Positions 29,262-38,248 of a stretch of 64,000 nucleotides of DNA are shown here, piece after piece. Origin of the DNA: Clostridiales bacterium (GTDB lineage: Bacteria; Bacillota; Clostridia; TANB77; CAG-508); assembly GCA_004554705.1 (NCBI GenBank), contig SFKS01000002.1, forward strand, positions 29,942 to 93,941, in the 5' to 3' direction. How positions within the stretch are numbered: the first letter of the stretch is position 1; each line of letters starts with the position of its first letter. The translations under genes were made by a program, and so were the position numbers. Below the pieces are notes generated by a model. That model made no database searches, was not told the origin of the DNA, and saw nothing but the letters and a program-made list of their open reading frames with translations.

Positions 29262-32200
29262 TTATAATTTGTGTCTATATCTATCTTTAAATTCTTGTTG
29301 TTTTCCGTTATTAAACCCAAGTGTTGGCAAATAGTAGCCCGTGCATCTGTCATAAGTCACTAAATCAGTAGACCCACAAATAGGACAAACGTTTATATTA
29401 TCATTAATAGTAAATTGACATTCTCGACAATAAGTAAATACTTTTGAATATGCCCAGAAAGTTACATCAGAATCTACAATTTTTTTATTTAAACTCCAAA
29501 TTGCTTCTGCATCACTCCAGACTTCTCCTAACCATAAATGAAGAATACTGCCTCCTAATGTGAGTTTATTATATTGTTGAGCGTTTTTAATATGTGCTAC
29601 TATATTTGAATCATCAGAAACGGGAATATGATTAGAGTTGGTTAAATAATAATTACCTTTTACACCTTGTACTATAGCATCTGGATATTTGTCCTTAATA
29701 ATTAGGGCAAACCGGTGAGCTGTAGATTCTGCAGCAGAGCCTATTACGCTCCAGCGAAGGTTATCACGCTCATGAAATTCTTCTTTTTTACTATTAAGTA
29801 ATTTAAGGATTTTTTCGCCTTCATTATCTGATATATTATTTAAAGACTCTAAACATTCATGCAAACCACAAAAACCTAATGTAATAGTAGTATTATCTAT
29901 ATCATACAATGGCTTTCCACTGTCTTTATCTTCCTGCAAAAGAAAATCAGACATATGTTTATTATAAATAGTATCTATAACACAGTTTCTACGATATATC
30001 AAACCATCATAAGCAATTTCACATACTTCATCTAATTTTTGATAAAATTTATTAACATCTCCATTACTATCTAAAGCAATTAATGGTAAATTTAATGTTG
30101 TATATGCAAAATTACCAGTATTTAAACAATCAACATCATAACTACCTGTCCAATTCATGGGGAGAGTAGTACGACAATTACCAGTTAAAATGAAGTCATC
30201 ACCAACAATAATTCTATCATTAACCTCAAAACAATAAGTATAATCAGTCTCATTTAATGGTATAATTTCTTTTACTGATTGACTTTTTGTTTCAGTAATA
30301 TGCCTATAATTATTATCTACTGACTGAACAATTTGATATTGTTTATCTCTTAAAGTTAATTGTTGTAAGATTCTAACACTCTCATAATTACAGCTAAGAT
30401 ATATCCTTTCAAAAGGTTGTCTATTCTTTTGATTCTTTGATGGTTGTATAATACGACTACTAAATTTAATACCTAAATTAAAACACGCCCATTTGAATAA
30501 TCGAGTATATTCCATATCAGTTGAAACAAATTCAGCAGCTAAACTTTTATTAAAACCACCATTAATCCTAATATAACCATTAGATGATAATAAACCGGAT
30601 AATAAGCCAGCTAAACAATTAATATCAGTTAAATCTGGTTTCTGTATTTCATCGCTACTAAAATAAAAAACAGTATAATTAACATCATCTCTAGAATGAT
30701 AAACAATTTTTTCTTTATATTTTATATTTAAATCATCTAATAATTTACGGGCATAATCAATCTTATCTTCTTTTAAAAGCATAAAATTAGCATGACCTTT
30801 ATCAAAATCATCACCTTTCTTTCCGTCTCCTAAATAAAATCCATATAACATAGCTCTTTTATCGGGGATTAAATGAGATTGTTCATCATTTAATATACAA
30901 GCGACATCCAATAAATTAGACTTACAACTTAAAATATTCTTTTTATTCATCGCACGATGTGTAATCATTGAATGATTTTTATCGCATATGAATGATTTAT
31001 TCCCTGCAAGTTTTATTTTATATAATTCTTGAGGTTTGTTTTTAATAAAATTCTTTGCTTTATGCCAAATAATATTTTTATCATCATCAACAGTCAATAC
31101 TTCAATATTATTAACTTTAGTTTTACCTATATCAGCATTAAGTAATTCATCTATTTCTTTAAAAGATAAATAACGTAATTGATTATCTATTTTTACCCAT
31201 AATGATGTATCTGGAGAAAAGCAGCCCATTACTGTTTTCTCTGATTCTGCGCAATTAACATAATATAATGTTGGATTATTAGCTCCTATCTCATGTACTA
31301 ATTTACAATTCCCACTATATTCATCTAAGTCTCCTTCTCTAATGTTAATCAAAATATTAGGGAAACGATGATATGCTCCTATTCCATCTTTTTCATTAGA
31401 TACTTCAAGTACAGCTCTAAAAATTAAATCAGCTTCTTTTTGATAATCGCCATAAACCCCGCTAACAATACCCCCTGGACCTATAGCTGGTTCATTTTTT
31501 AAAATCTCTGGCATAGACATATCTATTCCTATAGAGGAGAATAAACATTGCCCCCCGCGGCAAATTAAAGACATATTGCAATTAAAAATAAAGCCCTGAA
31601 TAGCTTGTTTAATTTCTTCATATGTTCTTCCACGTGCAAATACGGACAATAGAGAATTGAAGTTAGCATATCCCTGTCCACCACTAAATACGGTTGCTCC
31701 TGCCATAAAAGCTTGAAGCAAGTGATTTAAGAGCACCTCTAACGATTTAGCTGGTTTTGCGACAGAACCCATTAATCCATGACCATCAATCTTAAGTCCA
31801 TTCTTCGCAAAAAAACGTAAATCGTAATTCATACAATTAGGTCTTAAATGGAAATATTCCATATCATGCCAGTGAAGCAATCCTTCTTTATGTGCTTCAG
31901 AACAATGTTTAGGCATATCCATTAGTGCGTACTCTTTAGCTACACCATCATATGCATATTTTGCTATCATTTCAGGAGTGTATCCTATATTAGCGTTATC
32001 CTTACATCCATTTTGTAATAAATCTTCAAACTCTGATACACTCATTCCTAGTTTTCTATTTTGTTCTACAGCTTTAAAGTGACCCTCTTTTAATAATTGA
32101 GAAGAAACCTCAGCTCTAATATCAGAAGTAGATATCTCGGTAAGCCCGTCATTTTGTTTAAGTTTATATAATTTTTTAGCAATACGGTCTTGTATTCTTT

Positions 32201-32309
32201 CTGCAAGTTCCTTATCAGTTCCAGTTTCGGTTATAATTGTTTGTGAAATTAACCTTGGTTTGAAATCCTCTTTATTTCCATCTGTATGTATAACAGTAAT
32301 TTTATCCAT
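29262..32309 (-). CDS. nrdD: anaerobic (class III) ribonucleoside-triphosphate reductase, intein-containing
   Basis: There is an N-terminal ATP-cone. After intein removal the extein reads VMG-CRTTLPMNW...TTLNLPLIAL. The C-terminus has a CxxC...CPICG zinc ribbon and an RCTGYY glycyl-radical motif. Confidence 0.92.
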   Translation of the reverse strand: MDKITVIHTDGNKEDFKPRLISQTIITETGTDKELAERIQDRIAKKLYKLKQNDGLTEISTSDIRAEVSSQLLKEGHFKAVEQNRKLGMSVSEFEDLLQNGCKDNANIGYTPEMIAKYAYDGVAKEYALMDMPKHCSEAHKEGLLHWHDMEYFHLRPNCMNYDLRFFAKNGLKIDGHGLMGSVAKPAKSLEVLLNHLLQAFMAGATVFSGGQGYANFNSLLSVFARGRTYEEIKQAIQGFIFNCNMSLICRGGQCLFSSIGIDMSMPEILKNEPAIGPGGIVSGVYGDYQKEADLIFRAVLEVSNEKDGIGAYHRFPNILINIREGDLDEYSGNCKLVHEIGANNPTLYYVNCAESEKTVMGCFSPDTSLWVKIDNQLRYLSFKEIDELLNADIGKTKVNNIEVLTVDDDKNIIWHKAKNFIKNKPQELYKIKLAGNKSFICDKNHSMITHRAMNKKNILSCKSNLLDVACILNDEQSHLIPDKRAMLYGFYLGDGKKGDDFDKGHANFMLLKEDKIDYARKLLDDLNIKYKEKIVYHSRDDVNYTVFYFSSDEIQKPDLTDINCLAGLLSGLLSSNGYIRINGGFNKSLAAEFVSTDMEYTRLFKWACFNLGIKFSSRIIQPSKNQKNRQPFERIYLSCNYESVRILQQLTLRDKQYQIVQSVDNNYRHITETKSQSVKEIIPLNETDYTYCFEVNDRIIVGDDFILTGNCRTTLPMNWTGSYDVDCLNTGNFAYTTLNLPLIALDSNGDVNKFYQKLDEVCEIAYDGLIYRRNCVIDTIYNKHMSDFLLQEDKDSGKPLYDIDNTTITLGFCGLHECLESLNNISDNEGEKILKLLNSKKEEFHERDNLRWSVIGSAAESTAHRFALIIKDKYPDAIVQGVKGNYYLTNSNHIPVSDDSNIVAHIKNAQQYNKLTLGGSILHLWLGEVWSDAEAIWSLNKKIVDSDVTFWAYSKVFTYCRECQFTINDNINVCPICGSTDLVTYDRCTGYYLPTLGFNNGKQQEFKDRYRHKL
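30177..31223 (-). mobile_element. intein with LAGLIDADG homing endonuclease domain inside nrdD (aa 363-711)
   Basis: It starts with CFSPDTSLWV and ends with FILTGN followed by Cys. LAGLIDADG-like motifs are LYGFYLGDGKK and LAGLLSGLLSSNGYI. Codon coordinates were checked against the DNA. Confidence 0.85.
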
Positions 32310-32367
32310 TTCATATCATCTCTTTAAATCGTTACATATATGTTACATTTTTTTTTATGAAAAAACA

Positions 32368-32586
32368 TTATTCAAAAAAATTTTCACTTAATACTCTTGA
32401 AACAGTTTTACTTCTTTCATCAAGAAGATTGTCGACAATAGTTTTATGTCGATTAATAGTAGTTTTTTTCTCTATCTCATCTAAAATAAACTCTACTTGT
32501 TCACTATCTACATTACAGGAAACTTTCACCTCTTCGGCTTTAATCTCCTTACCAGCTATTTTTATAGTTCCACTCATAAAAATCAA
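32368..32586 (-). CDS. small hypothetical protein
   Basis: 72-aa ORF in the minus-strand operon. No motif recognised. Confidence 0.45.
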   Translation of the reverse strand: MIFMSGTIKIAGKEIKAEEVKVSCNVDSEQVEFILDEIEKKTTINRHKTIVDNLLDERSKTVSRVLSENFFE

Positions 32587-32603
32587 AAAAAAATAGAGGA
32601 AAT

Positions 32604-33113
32604 TTAATCCTCCTGATAATCTCCATCATACTTCTTCATAACACCGTCAGCTTGAAAATCTAATAATTGAGCAAAACGAACACCTTTCTCTAAATAAAAA
32701 GGCGCATCACTCTTATTTTCAACTAAAAAACTCAAATGCCCATTAAAACCAGCATCACCAACACAAGTCCTAACATCAATACAACTACGCAATAATGTAG
32801 AACGAGGGAAGTATAATTGAACATTATTATCTCCAATTTTAATCTTTTCTTCAGTCTCTACAATATATACACTATGTGGAGCTAAACAAAATACCTTACA
32901 AATACCTCCATTTACTAAAGTACTTACATGATTAACTTCTCTTAATTCAGGTTTAAGTTTAGCATCTTTGTATAACCCATACATTGTGTTTTCAATATGT
33001 TCTGGAGCAAATACTTTTCCTACGGTTAAATCAAGTCCATTTGGTTGGAATTGAGCATCATCTAAATCCAAATACTCATATTGTTTTCTTAAATACTCTT
33101 CTCCATTAATCAT
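32604..33113 (-). CDS. dcd: dCTP deaminase/dUTPase-superfamily protein
   Basis: Motifs are FQPNGLDLTVGKVF, GDAGFNGHLSFLVEN and GVRFAQL. ATG 33113 was chosen because it directly follows the upstream stop. Confidence 0.7.
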   Translation of the reverse strand: MINGEEYLRKQYEYLDLDDAQFQPNGLDLTVGKVFAPEHIENTMYGLYKDAKLKPELREVNHVSTLVNGGICKVFCLAPHSVYIVETEEKIKIGDNNVQLYFPRSTLLRSCIDVRTCVGDAGFNGHLSFLVENKSDAPFYLEKGVRFAQLLDFQADGVMKKYDGDYQED

Positions 33114-33114
33114 A

Positions 33115-33492
33115 TTAATCGTCTCTGAACAAATCAATAGCTGGGGAATTTTCTACACTAATTCTTTCCTCTTCTTCTGCCCTTATTCCTTTTTTATGTA
33201 AACGGTAGGTTCTTAATTCATCTACACTAATATCGAAATGTTTTGCGGTTTTTGTTAACCCATCTTCTTTAATGGATTTTTGAATATCATCCATTGTGTT
33301 AGTGGTTAAATCAACAACACCATCTTCCATCTCTTTAAGTACATTAACTAATTGTTTTTTTGACAAGGATTGTGTTTTTTGGTAGTCTTGTATTGCTTTA
33401 AAATCAATATCTGTATCAGCTAACACATCAATAAGTTCGACGACCTTGTTTATTCCATATCCTTTTTCATCTAAATACTCACTAAATTTCAT
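33115..33492 (-). CDS. hypothetical protein with C-terminal HTH-like segment
   Basis: ATG 33492 is preceded by AGAGGTAG. The segment LTKTAKHFDISVDELRTYRL looks like a helix-turn-helix. Confidence 0.5.
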   Translation of the reverse strand: MKFSEYLDEKGYGINKVVELIDVLADTDIDFKAIQDYQKTQSLSKKQLVNVLKEMEDGVVDLTTNTMDDIQKSIKEDGLTKTAKHFDISVDELRTYRLHKKGIRAEEEERISVENSPAIDLFRDD

Positions 33493-33505
33493 TTTATCTA
33501 CCTCT

Positions 33506-34075
33506 TTAGAAATCATTTATTTTATTCCAGCTAAAATACAAATTTTTTAAAAAACGTTTTACAACCATTCTCCTTGCTAAATTCTCAATATGTTTTTCAC
33601 TTCTGCGTGGGTATTTGTCTCGATATTTCTGACAGTTAATATCAAAAACAAATTTATATTGTTCATTTCTTTGCACAAGTTTATGTCCTATCCTTAACAA
33701 TAATTTATGGAAATTTTTATTATATGTTTTTGGATTTGGGATAAACCCAGCATATGAGATGAGGTTGTCAAAATGTTTAAAATTATTTATGTCTTTTATA
33801 ATACATATAAGTTGTGCTTTTTCGAACACATTAATGCCGTCAACTGATGACAAAAAAAAATTATAAATAGGAATTTTATTTAATGATTGAAATATTTGTG
33901 TGGTAATATATTTTAAAGCTTCATCTAATGGACCTATAATGTTTTCATGTAATGTATTTTTTGCATCATCGGTGAATCCGGAGCTTTGTATTCTTGCGAT
34001 ATTACTTCTTTTTGTTAAGTATATATTATCAGCTGTATCGCTTAATATCTTTAATACTTGTATGTCTTCATCCAT
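33506..34075 (-). CDS. IS110-family transposase C-terminal (Transposase_20/HhH)-like domain protein lacking the DEDD catalytic domain
   Basis: The pattern VDGINVFEKAQLICIIKDINNFKHFDNLISYAGFIPNP...LLLRIGHKLV...NLARRMVVKRFLKNLY resembles the IS110 C-terminal domain. The protein is only 189 aa. Confidence 0.4.
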   Translation of the reverse strand: MDEDIQVLKILSDTADNIYLTKRSNIARIQSSGFTDDAKNTLHENIIGPLDEALKYITTQIFQSLNKIPIYNFFLSSVDGINVFEKAQLICIIKDINNFKHFDNLISYAGFIPNPKTYNKNFHKLLLRIGHKLVQRNEQYKFVFDINCQKYRDKYPRRSEKHIENLARRMVVKRFLKNLYFSWNKINDF

Positions 34076-34090
34076 GTTTATTCAATCCTC

Positions 34091-34468
34091 CTATATAGAA
34101 TCATCGAGTGTATCAGTTTGTCCTATTGTAACTCCCTTGTTTAAATAGATAGTGTTAGAACTAATATTGTATAAGTAAATAATTCCATCATTAAAAAAGG
34201 TTAATAAACCTGCTTCGTAAAATTCTGGATTAGGAGCAAAAAAATATACATCATTCTCATCATCTGGTAATGGGGATTCTGGGATTACTTTATAATAACC
34301 ATTCCCCTCTATTGCAAATACATGTGTTCTTGTTTTCCCTCTTAAATGTCTTTCAATAGGGTCTATAGTTACATATTCTATTCTTGAGAAATTGTCATCA
34401 TTGAAAAAGATTTGTTGGTATTCATCTTTTAGTTCTTGTAAGCCTTTTAATCTAACTATGTCAATCAT
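34091..34468 (-). CDS. hypothetical protein
   Basis: 125-aa ORF overlapping the upstream gene by 4 nt. A weak dUTPase-fold-like tail (IYLYNISSNTIYLNKGVTIGQ) is not sufficient for a call. Confidence 0.5.
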   Translation of the reverse strand: MIDIVRLKGLQELKDEYQQIFFNDDNFSRIEYVTIDPIERHLRGKTRTHVFAIEGNGYYKVIPESPLPDDENDVYFFAPNPEFYEAGLLTFFNDGIIYLYNISSNTIYLNKGVTIGQTDTLDDSI

Positions 34469-34734
34469 CTTCTAACCTCACGATTTATTTTTTCATATAA
34501 TACATCTATGAATGGTCTGTTTTTCTTTTCTTTGTATCTTTGCCTCATTTTTTCTCGTCTACCGTCAATCTCTGATACTTTTATTCCATGTATTGTGCAA
34601 CATTCAGAGATGTAACTTCTGGACTTATGGTATTTTTCCCCGATATCATCTAATGTATAACCTTCCTCGAGTAGGGAAAGTAATTGTTTTTTGGGAATGA
34701 GTTTTCTTGGTTTGAAATTACGTTGATTACTCAT
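34465..34734 (-). CDS. small HTH DNA-binding protein
   Basis: 89 aa. YTLDDIGEKYHKSRSYISECC looks like an HTH and is followed by a basic tail. Confidence 0.5.
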   Translation of the reverse strand: MSNQRNFKPRKLIPKKQLLSLLEEGYTLDDIGEKYHKSRSYISECCTIHGIKVSEIDGRREKMRQRYKEKKNRPFIDVLYEKINREVRR

Positions 34735-34737
34735 TTT

Positions 34738-35418
34738 TTATACTCCCTCTTCAAATATTTTTTTTAATGCTTTTATTTCTTTTACTGCTCTATCCCCCAC
34801 TCCTTTAATATTTTTTAATTCATCTCTAGAAGCGTTTAATACTTTTTGTGGACTTCCAAATTCCTTTAATAATAGTAATGCCATTTTTTCTCCGATTCCT
34901 CTTTGGCATCGTAGGATATCGACATCGGGGCGTTTACTCATAGAGACTTTAGGTTTTGCAGTAACTTGTGCATTTGCCTTGGTAACGGTTTCTGCTATAT
35001 CCATTATTTTCATTAAGTATTGTACTTCGTTTTCAACAAAAAAGACAGGGCATTTGTATAGTATTTCAATGTTTTCTGTCATTTTATCTATACTTTTTTG
35101 TGTTATTCTCTTTAATGTTGGAATTCTTTTTAATGTTTTTACATCTCCATAAACAATTGTGGCATAATAATCATATTCATCATTCATTCTTATAGCTTGG
35201 TCTTGTAAGTGTCCTGTAATATATGACCCTGCGAAGTCAGCCATTGTTTTTCTTTCTATGAGTAAAATTTTTTTATTATTTAACATTAAAGAAACATCTC
35301 CGTCCTTTAATGTTGTAATTTGTGTATTTACTCCTTTTTGGTTAAAAAAGGCCTGTGTTTTCTTCCCCATTTTTTGTTCTCTGCTATCTATATACGCACT
35401 TAATATAACGGGTTTCAT
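34738..35418 (-). CDS. XPF/Mus81/Hef-type ERCC4 structure-specific nuclease with C-terminal (HhH)2
   Basis: IDSREQ and GDVSLM...LIERKTMADF match the ERCC4 GDx(n)ERKxxxD signature. The C-terminus reads RGIGEKMALLLLKEFGSPQKVLNASRDELKNIKGVGDRAVKEI. Confidence 0.8.
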   Translation of the reverse strand: MKPVILSAYIDSREQKMGKKTQAFFNQKGVNTQITTLKDGDVSLMLNNKKILLIERKTMADFAGSYITGHLQDQAIRMNDEYDYYATIVYGDVKTLKRIPTLKRITQKSIDKMTENIEILYKCPVFFVENEVQYLMKIMDIAETVTKANAQVTAKPKVSMSKRPDVDILRCQRGIGEKMALLLLKEFGSPQKVLNASRDELKNIKGVGDRAVKEIKALKKIFEEGV

Positions 35419-35825
35419 TCTTTATTCCTCATTTCTATGGTTTTTTTAAAATACTTGTCAAAAAAATATTTAAAGAAATTTATCGTATATCTACAATTTA
35501 TTAAAACTGGATAAATTCCCAAATCCCCACTCCATGGGTATGTTCTGCATAAATCCATTATTTGGTCATCATGGCGTGTGCAAAGGTTAGTTTTTGGATT
35601 ATGATGTGGGCATTGAAAGTCCCTACAACATAATCCACATTGTACACATCCATCATACGCCATTACGTATTCCTTCGTGAAGATTTGTGCATTGTTTTTA
35701 ATAATGTATTCTATTGAATCATCTTTAAATTTTTTAGATAATTCTGGAAACTCATGCATATAATATTCTTTAAAAAAGGATATTGCTGCCTGTGTTCCAG
35801 TATTTTTTAATTTGTCTATCGTCAT
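35415..35825 (-). CDS. YkgJ-family CxxCxxCC cysteine-cluster (Fe/Zn-binding) protein
   Basis: CVQCGLCCRDFQCPHH...C...C. Confidence 0.55.
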   Translation of the reverse strand: MTIDKLKNTGTQAAISFFKEYYMHEFPELSKKFKDDSIEYIIKNNAQIFTKEYVMAYDGCVQCGLCCRDFQCPHHNPKTNLCTRHDDQIMDLCRTYPWSGDLGIYPVLINCRYTINFFKYFFDKYFKKTIEMRNKE

Positions 35826-38248
35826 ATTAATTCCTCAATCTGTGGAAATGTTTCATTTAAACCCATATAAAAGAATACGAACATTCCTTCGAAAAGAACT
35901 TGGGTTTCAGAGCATAGTAGTCTGTCCTCAAGGATAGTATCTTCATCTATATAAATGGTGAACCATGAGCATTTGTTTCCGTTTTTTGATATGAATGGTT
36001 TAACTTTGTGAATCATTCCTACATTGATTTGTGGGTTTTGTTTTTGTAATTGTTTTAGTTTTTCTTTTCCTGCTTCTGTATAGAATAATTGTTCTCTTTG
36101 ATATCTATCTGGTTTTTGCAAGTTTATTAAAGACAATATACTATATTTATCTTGTTTTCCTTGTACATGGATAACTAATGGTGTCCCCACTTCATGTATA
36201 TCATCAATGTATCTTCCCCTGATAAAATCTGGGACAAATAGTGAAATACTATCTACTCCATCAGTTACATTCAGGAAAGCATAATCTTTTTTGGTTTCAA
36301 AGGTTGTTGTTAAAACTTTAATATAAAAGTCTTGATAATCTGCTGATGATTGTAATTCTTGGATTGTTGATATTTGTTTGTTTATTTTTAATTCGGATAA
36401 ATCATAAAGGTTTAATACATTATTTTCTGGGTTGATTTTTATTCTTTGGAATTCTCTGAATAATTTTTCTTTTTCTGTCCATGAATGTTGTTGTTCATCT
36501 ATAATTGAATACAATTCATCTCTGTTTTCATTAAACCTATCAAATGCTCCAGCTTCTATTAGAGCTTTAATTGTTGTTTTACTAATACTTCTGGGTTTTT
36601 TACAAAGGAAGTCTTCGAAAGATTCGTATGGTTGATTTTCTATTAAATCTTTAGTGGCCGCCGGGCCAACACCTTTTATTAATGGGAATGATAAGTATAT
36701 GATTCCATTTTGATTTGAACAAACCTCTTTACTAATATTAATATCCGGGTTATGTAATTCTCCGAGTGTTTGTATTTCACTATAGATTTTAACTCTTTTT
36801 TCTTCATTGCTTGTATTATTTAGTAAAGAAACATAAAATTCAATTGGATAATATGCTTTTAAGTATCCGGTTTTAAATGATAATAATGCATATCCTACGG
36901 AATGTGATTCATTAAATGAATAATTTCCTGCTGCATGTATTTTCTCCCATATAGTTTCTATAACATCATCGGAGATGTTATTGTTTCGACATCCATTTGT
37001 GAATTTGATTTTATATTCATCAAGGAGGTCTAATTTTTTCTTTCCTATTGCTTTTCTGATTTTATCTGCTTCGGCATCAGAAAACCCTGCTAATGTTTTT
37101 GTGATTTGCATTAATTGTTCTTGGTAGAGTATACATCCCTGTGTTCTTTCTAATATTGGTTTTAGTAATGGGTGGTCGTATTCTATTTGTTGTTGTCCGA
37201 ATTTTCTTTGTATGTATCTGTCTGTGTCTCCACAGTCCATTGCTCCGGGTCTAATTAATGCAAGTGATGCTGATAGTTCAGAGAAGTTTTTAGGTTGCAT
37301 TTTTTTTACAAATTCTTCTCCAGCTGCCCCCTCTAATTGGAATATCCCTAATGGATTTTTGTTTATAGTTTTATAAACATTTGGGTCATCGAGGTCGGCT
37401 TTTTTGAATATTGATTCGTCTTCTCCTATTAGGTTTAAGCATTCTGCTATGATGTCTAATGTGTTTAATCCTAATAGGTCGTTTTTTAGTAATCCGAGTG
37501 TGTCTTCGCATATGGTTTTATCATAGCATATTAGGTTTGATTGTCCTTGTTTTAATGTTGATGCTATGTTTTCTATATCATATGGGAGTGTTAGCACTGC
37601 TCCTGCATGTTTTCCATAGGTGTATAGTTCTCCTATGAGTTGTTCCCATGTTTTTATGAATTGGGGGTTTTTTTGGAAGAATGCTTTAATTTCTGGGATT
37701 TGTTTTATTTTGTCTGTGTTTTCTTCGTCTCCCATGAGTTTTGTTAGTTTGTTTATGTATTGGAAGTCTAAATCGTATATTCTTTGTATTGCTTTTAATG
37801 CTGTTTTTGGGGAGTATCTCATTAAATTAGGGACTTGAAAAACTCTGTTTTCACCATAATCTTCTTTTATGAGTTCTATTGCATGTTCTCTTTTTGTTCC
37901 CTGTATATCTGTGTCGATATCCGGCATTGATTGTTTTGCTCTTTCCGGATTTAAAAACCTTGCAAAGCTTAAATTAAATTTTAATGGGTCTACCTGTGTA
38001 ATATTAAGTACATATGATACAAGGCTTCCTCCGGCAGACCCTCTTGAGTCCGCAAGTATAATATCGTTTGCTCTTAACAAACAGCAAATATAACTTGTAT
38101 TTAAAAAAAAGTCTTCTAAATTTGCATCTAAAATTACATTAAGTTCTTCATCTAATCTTTCTTGATGAGGTTTATCATTAATTCCTCTTCTAATTAAACC
38201 TTCTTCACATTTCTCTCTTAAATATTGTTTATTGTCCATTTTACACAC
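35822..38248 (-). CDS. dnaE: DNA polymerase III alpha (DnaE-type, family C) polymerase core, lacking the PHP domain
   Basis: Motifs are ARFLNPERAKQSMPDIDTDI, GLLKNDLLGLNTLD, IFQLEGAAG...ALIRPGAM, ILYQEQLMQI and IRKAIGKKK. It is in frame with the upstream PHP ORF across one TAA. Confidence 0.88.
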   Translation of the reverse strand: MCKMDNKQYLREKCEEGLIRRGINDKPHQERLDEELNVILDANLEDFFLNTSYICCLLRANDIILADSRGSAGGSLVSYVLNITQVDPLKFNLSFARFLNPERAKQSMPDIDTDIQGTKREHAIELIKEDYGENRVFQVPNLMRYSPKTALKAIQRIYDLDFQYINKLTKLMGDEENTDKIKQIPEIKAFFQKNPQFIKTWEQLIGELYTYGKHAGAVLTLPYDIENIASTLKQGQSNLICYDKTICEDTLGLLKNDLLGLNTLDIIAECLNLIGEDESIFKKADLDDPNVYKTINKNPLGIFQLEGAAGEEFVKKMQPKNFSELSASLALIRPGAMDCGDTDRYIQRKFGQQQIEYDHPLLKPILERTQGCILYQEQLMQITKTLAGFSDAEADKIRKAIGKKKLDLLDEYKIKFTNGCRNNNISDDVIETIWEKIHAAGNYSFNESHSVGYALLSFKTGYLKAYYPIEFYVSLLNNTSNEEKRVKIYSEIQTLGELHNPDINISKEVCSNQNGIIYLSFPLIKGVGPAATKDLIENQPYESFEDFLCKKPRSISKTTIKALIEAGAFDRFNENRDELYSIIDEQQHSWTEKEKLFREFQRIKINPENNVLNLYDLSELKINKQISTIQELQSSADYQDFYIKVLTTTFETKKDYAFLNVTDGVDSISLFVPDFIRGRYIDDIHEVGTPLVIHVQGKQDKYSILSLINLQKPDRYQREQLFYTEAGKEKLKQLQKQNPQINVGMIHKVKPFISKNGNKCSWFTIYIDEDTILEDRLLCSETQVLFEGMFVFFYMGLNETFPQIEELI

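Noticed and set aside
33506-34075. Complete IS110 insertion sequence or integrase marking a prophage boundary.
   Set aside because: Only the C-terminal domain-like region is present. The gene overlaps both neighbours, and no terminal repeats or att-like duplications flank it. No integrase or recombinase was recognised anywhere in the window.
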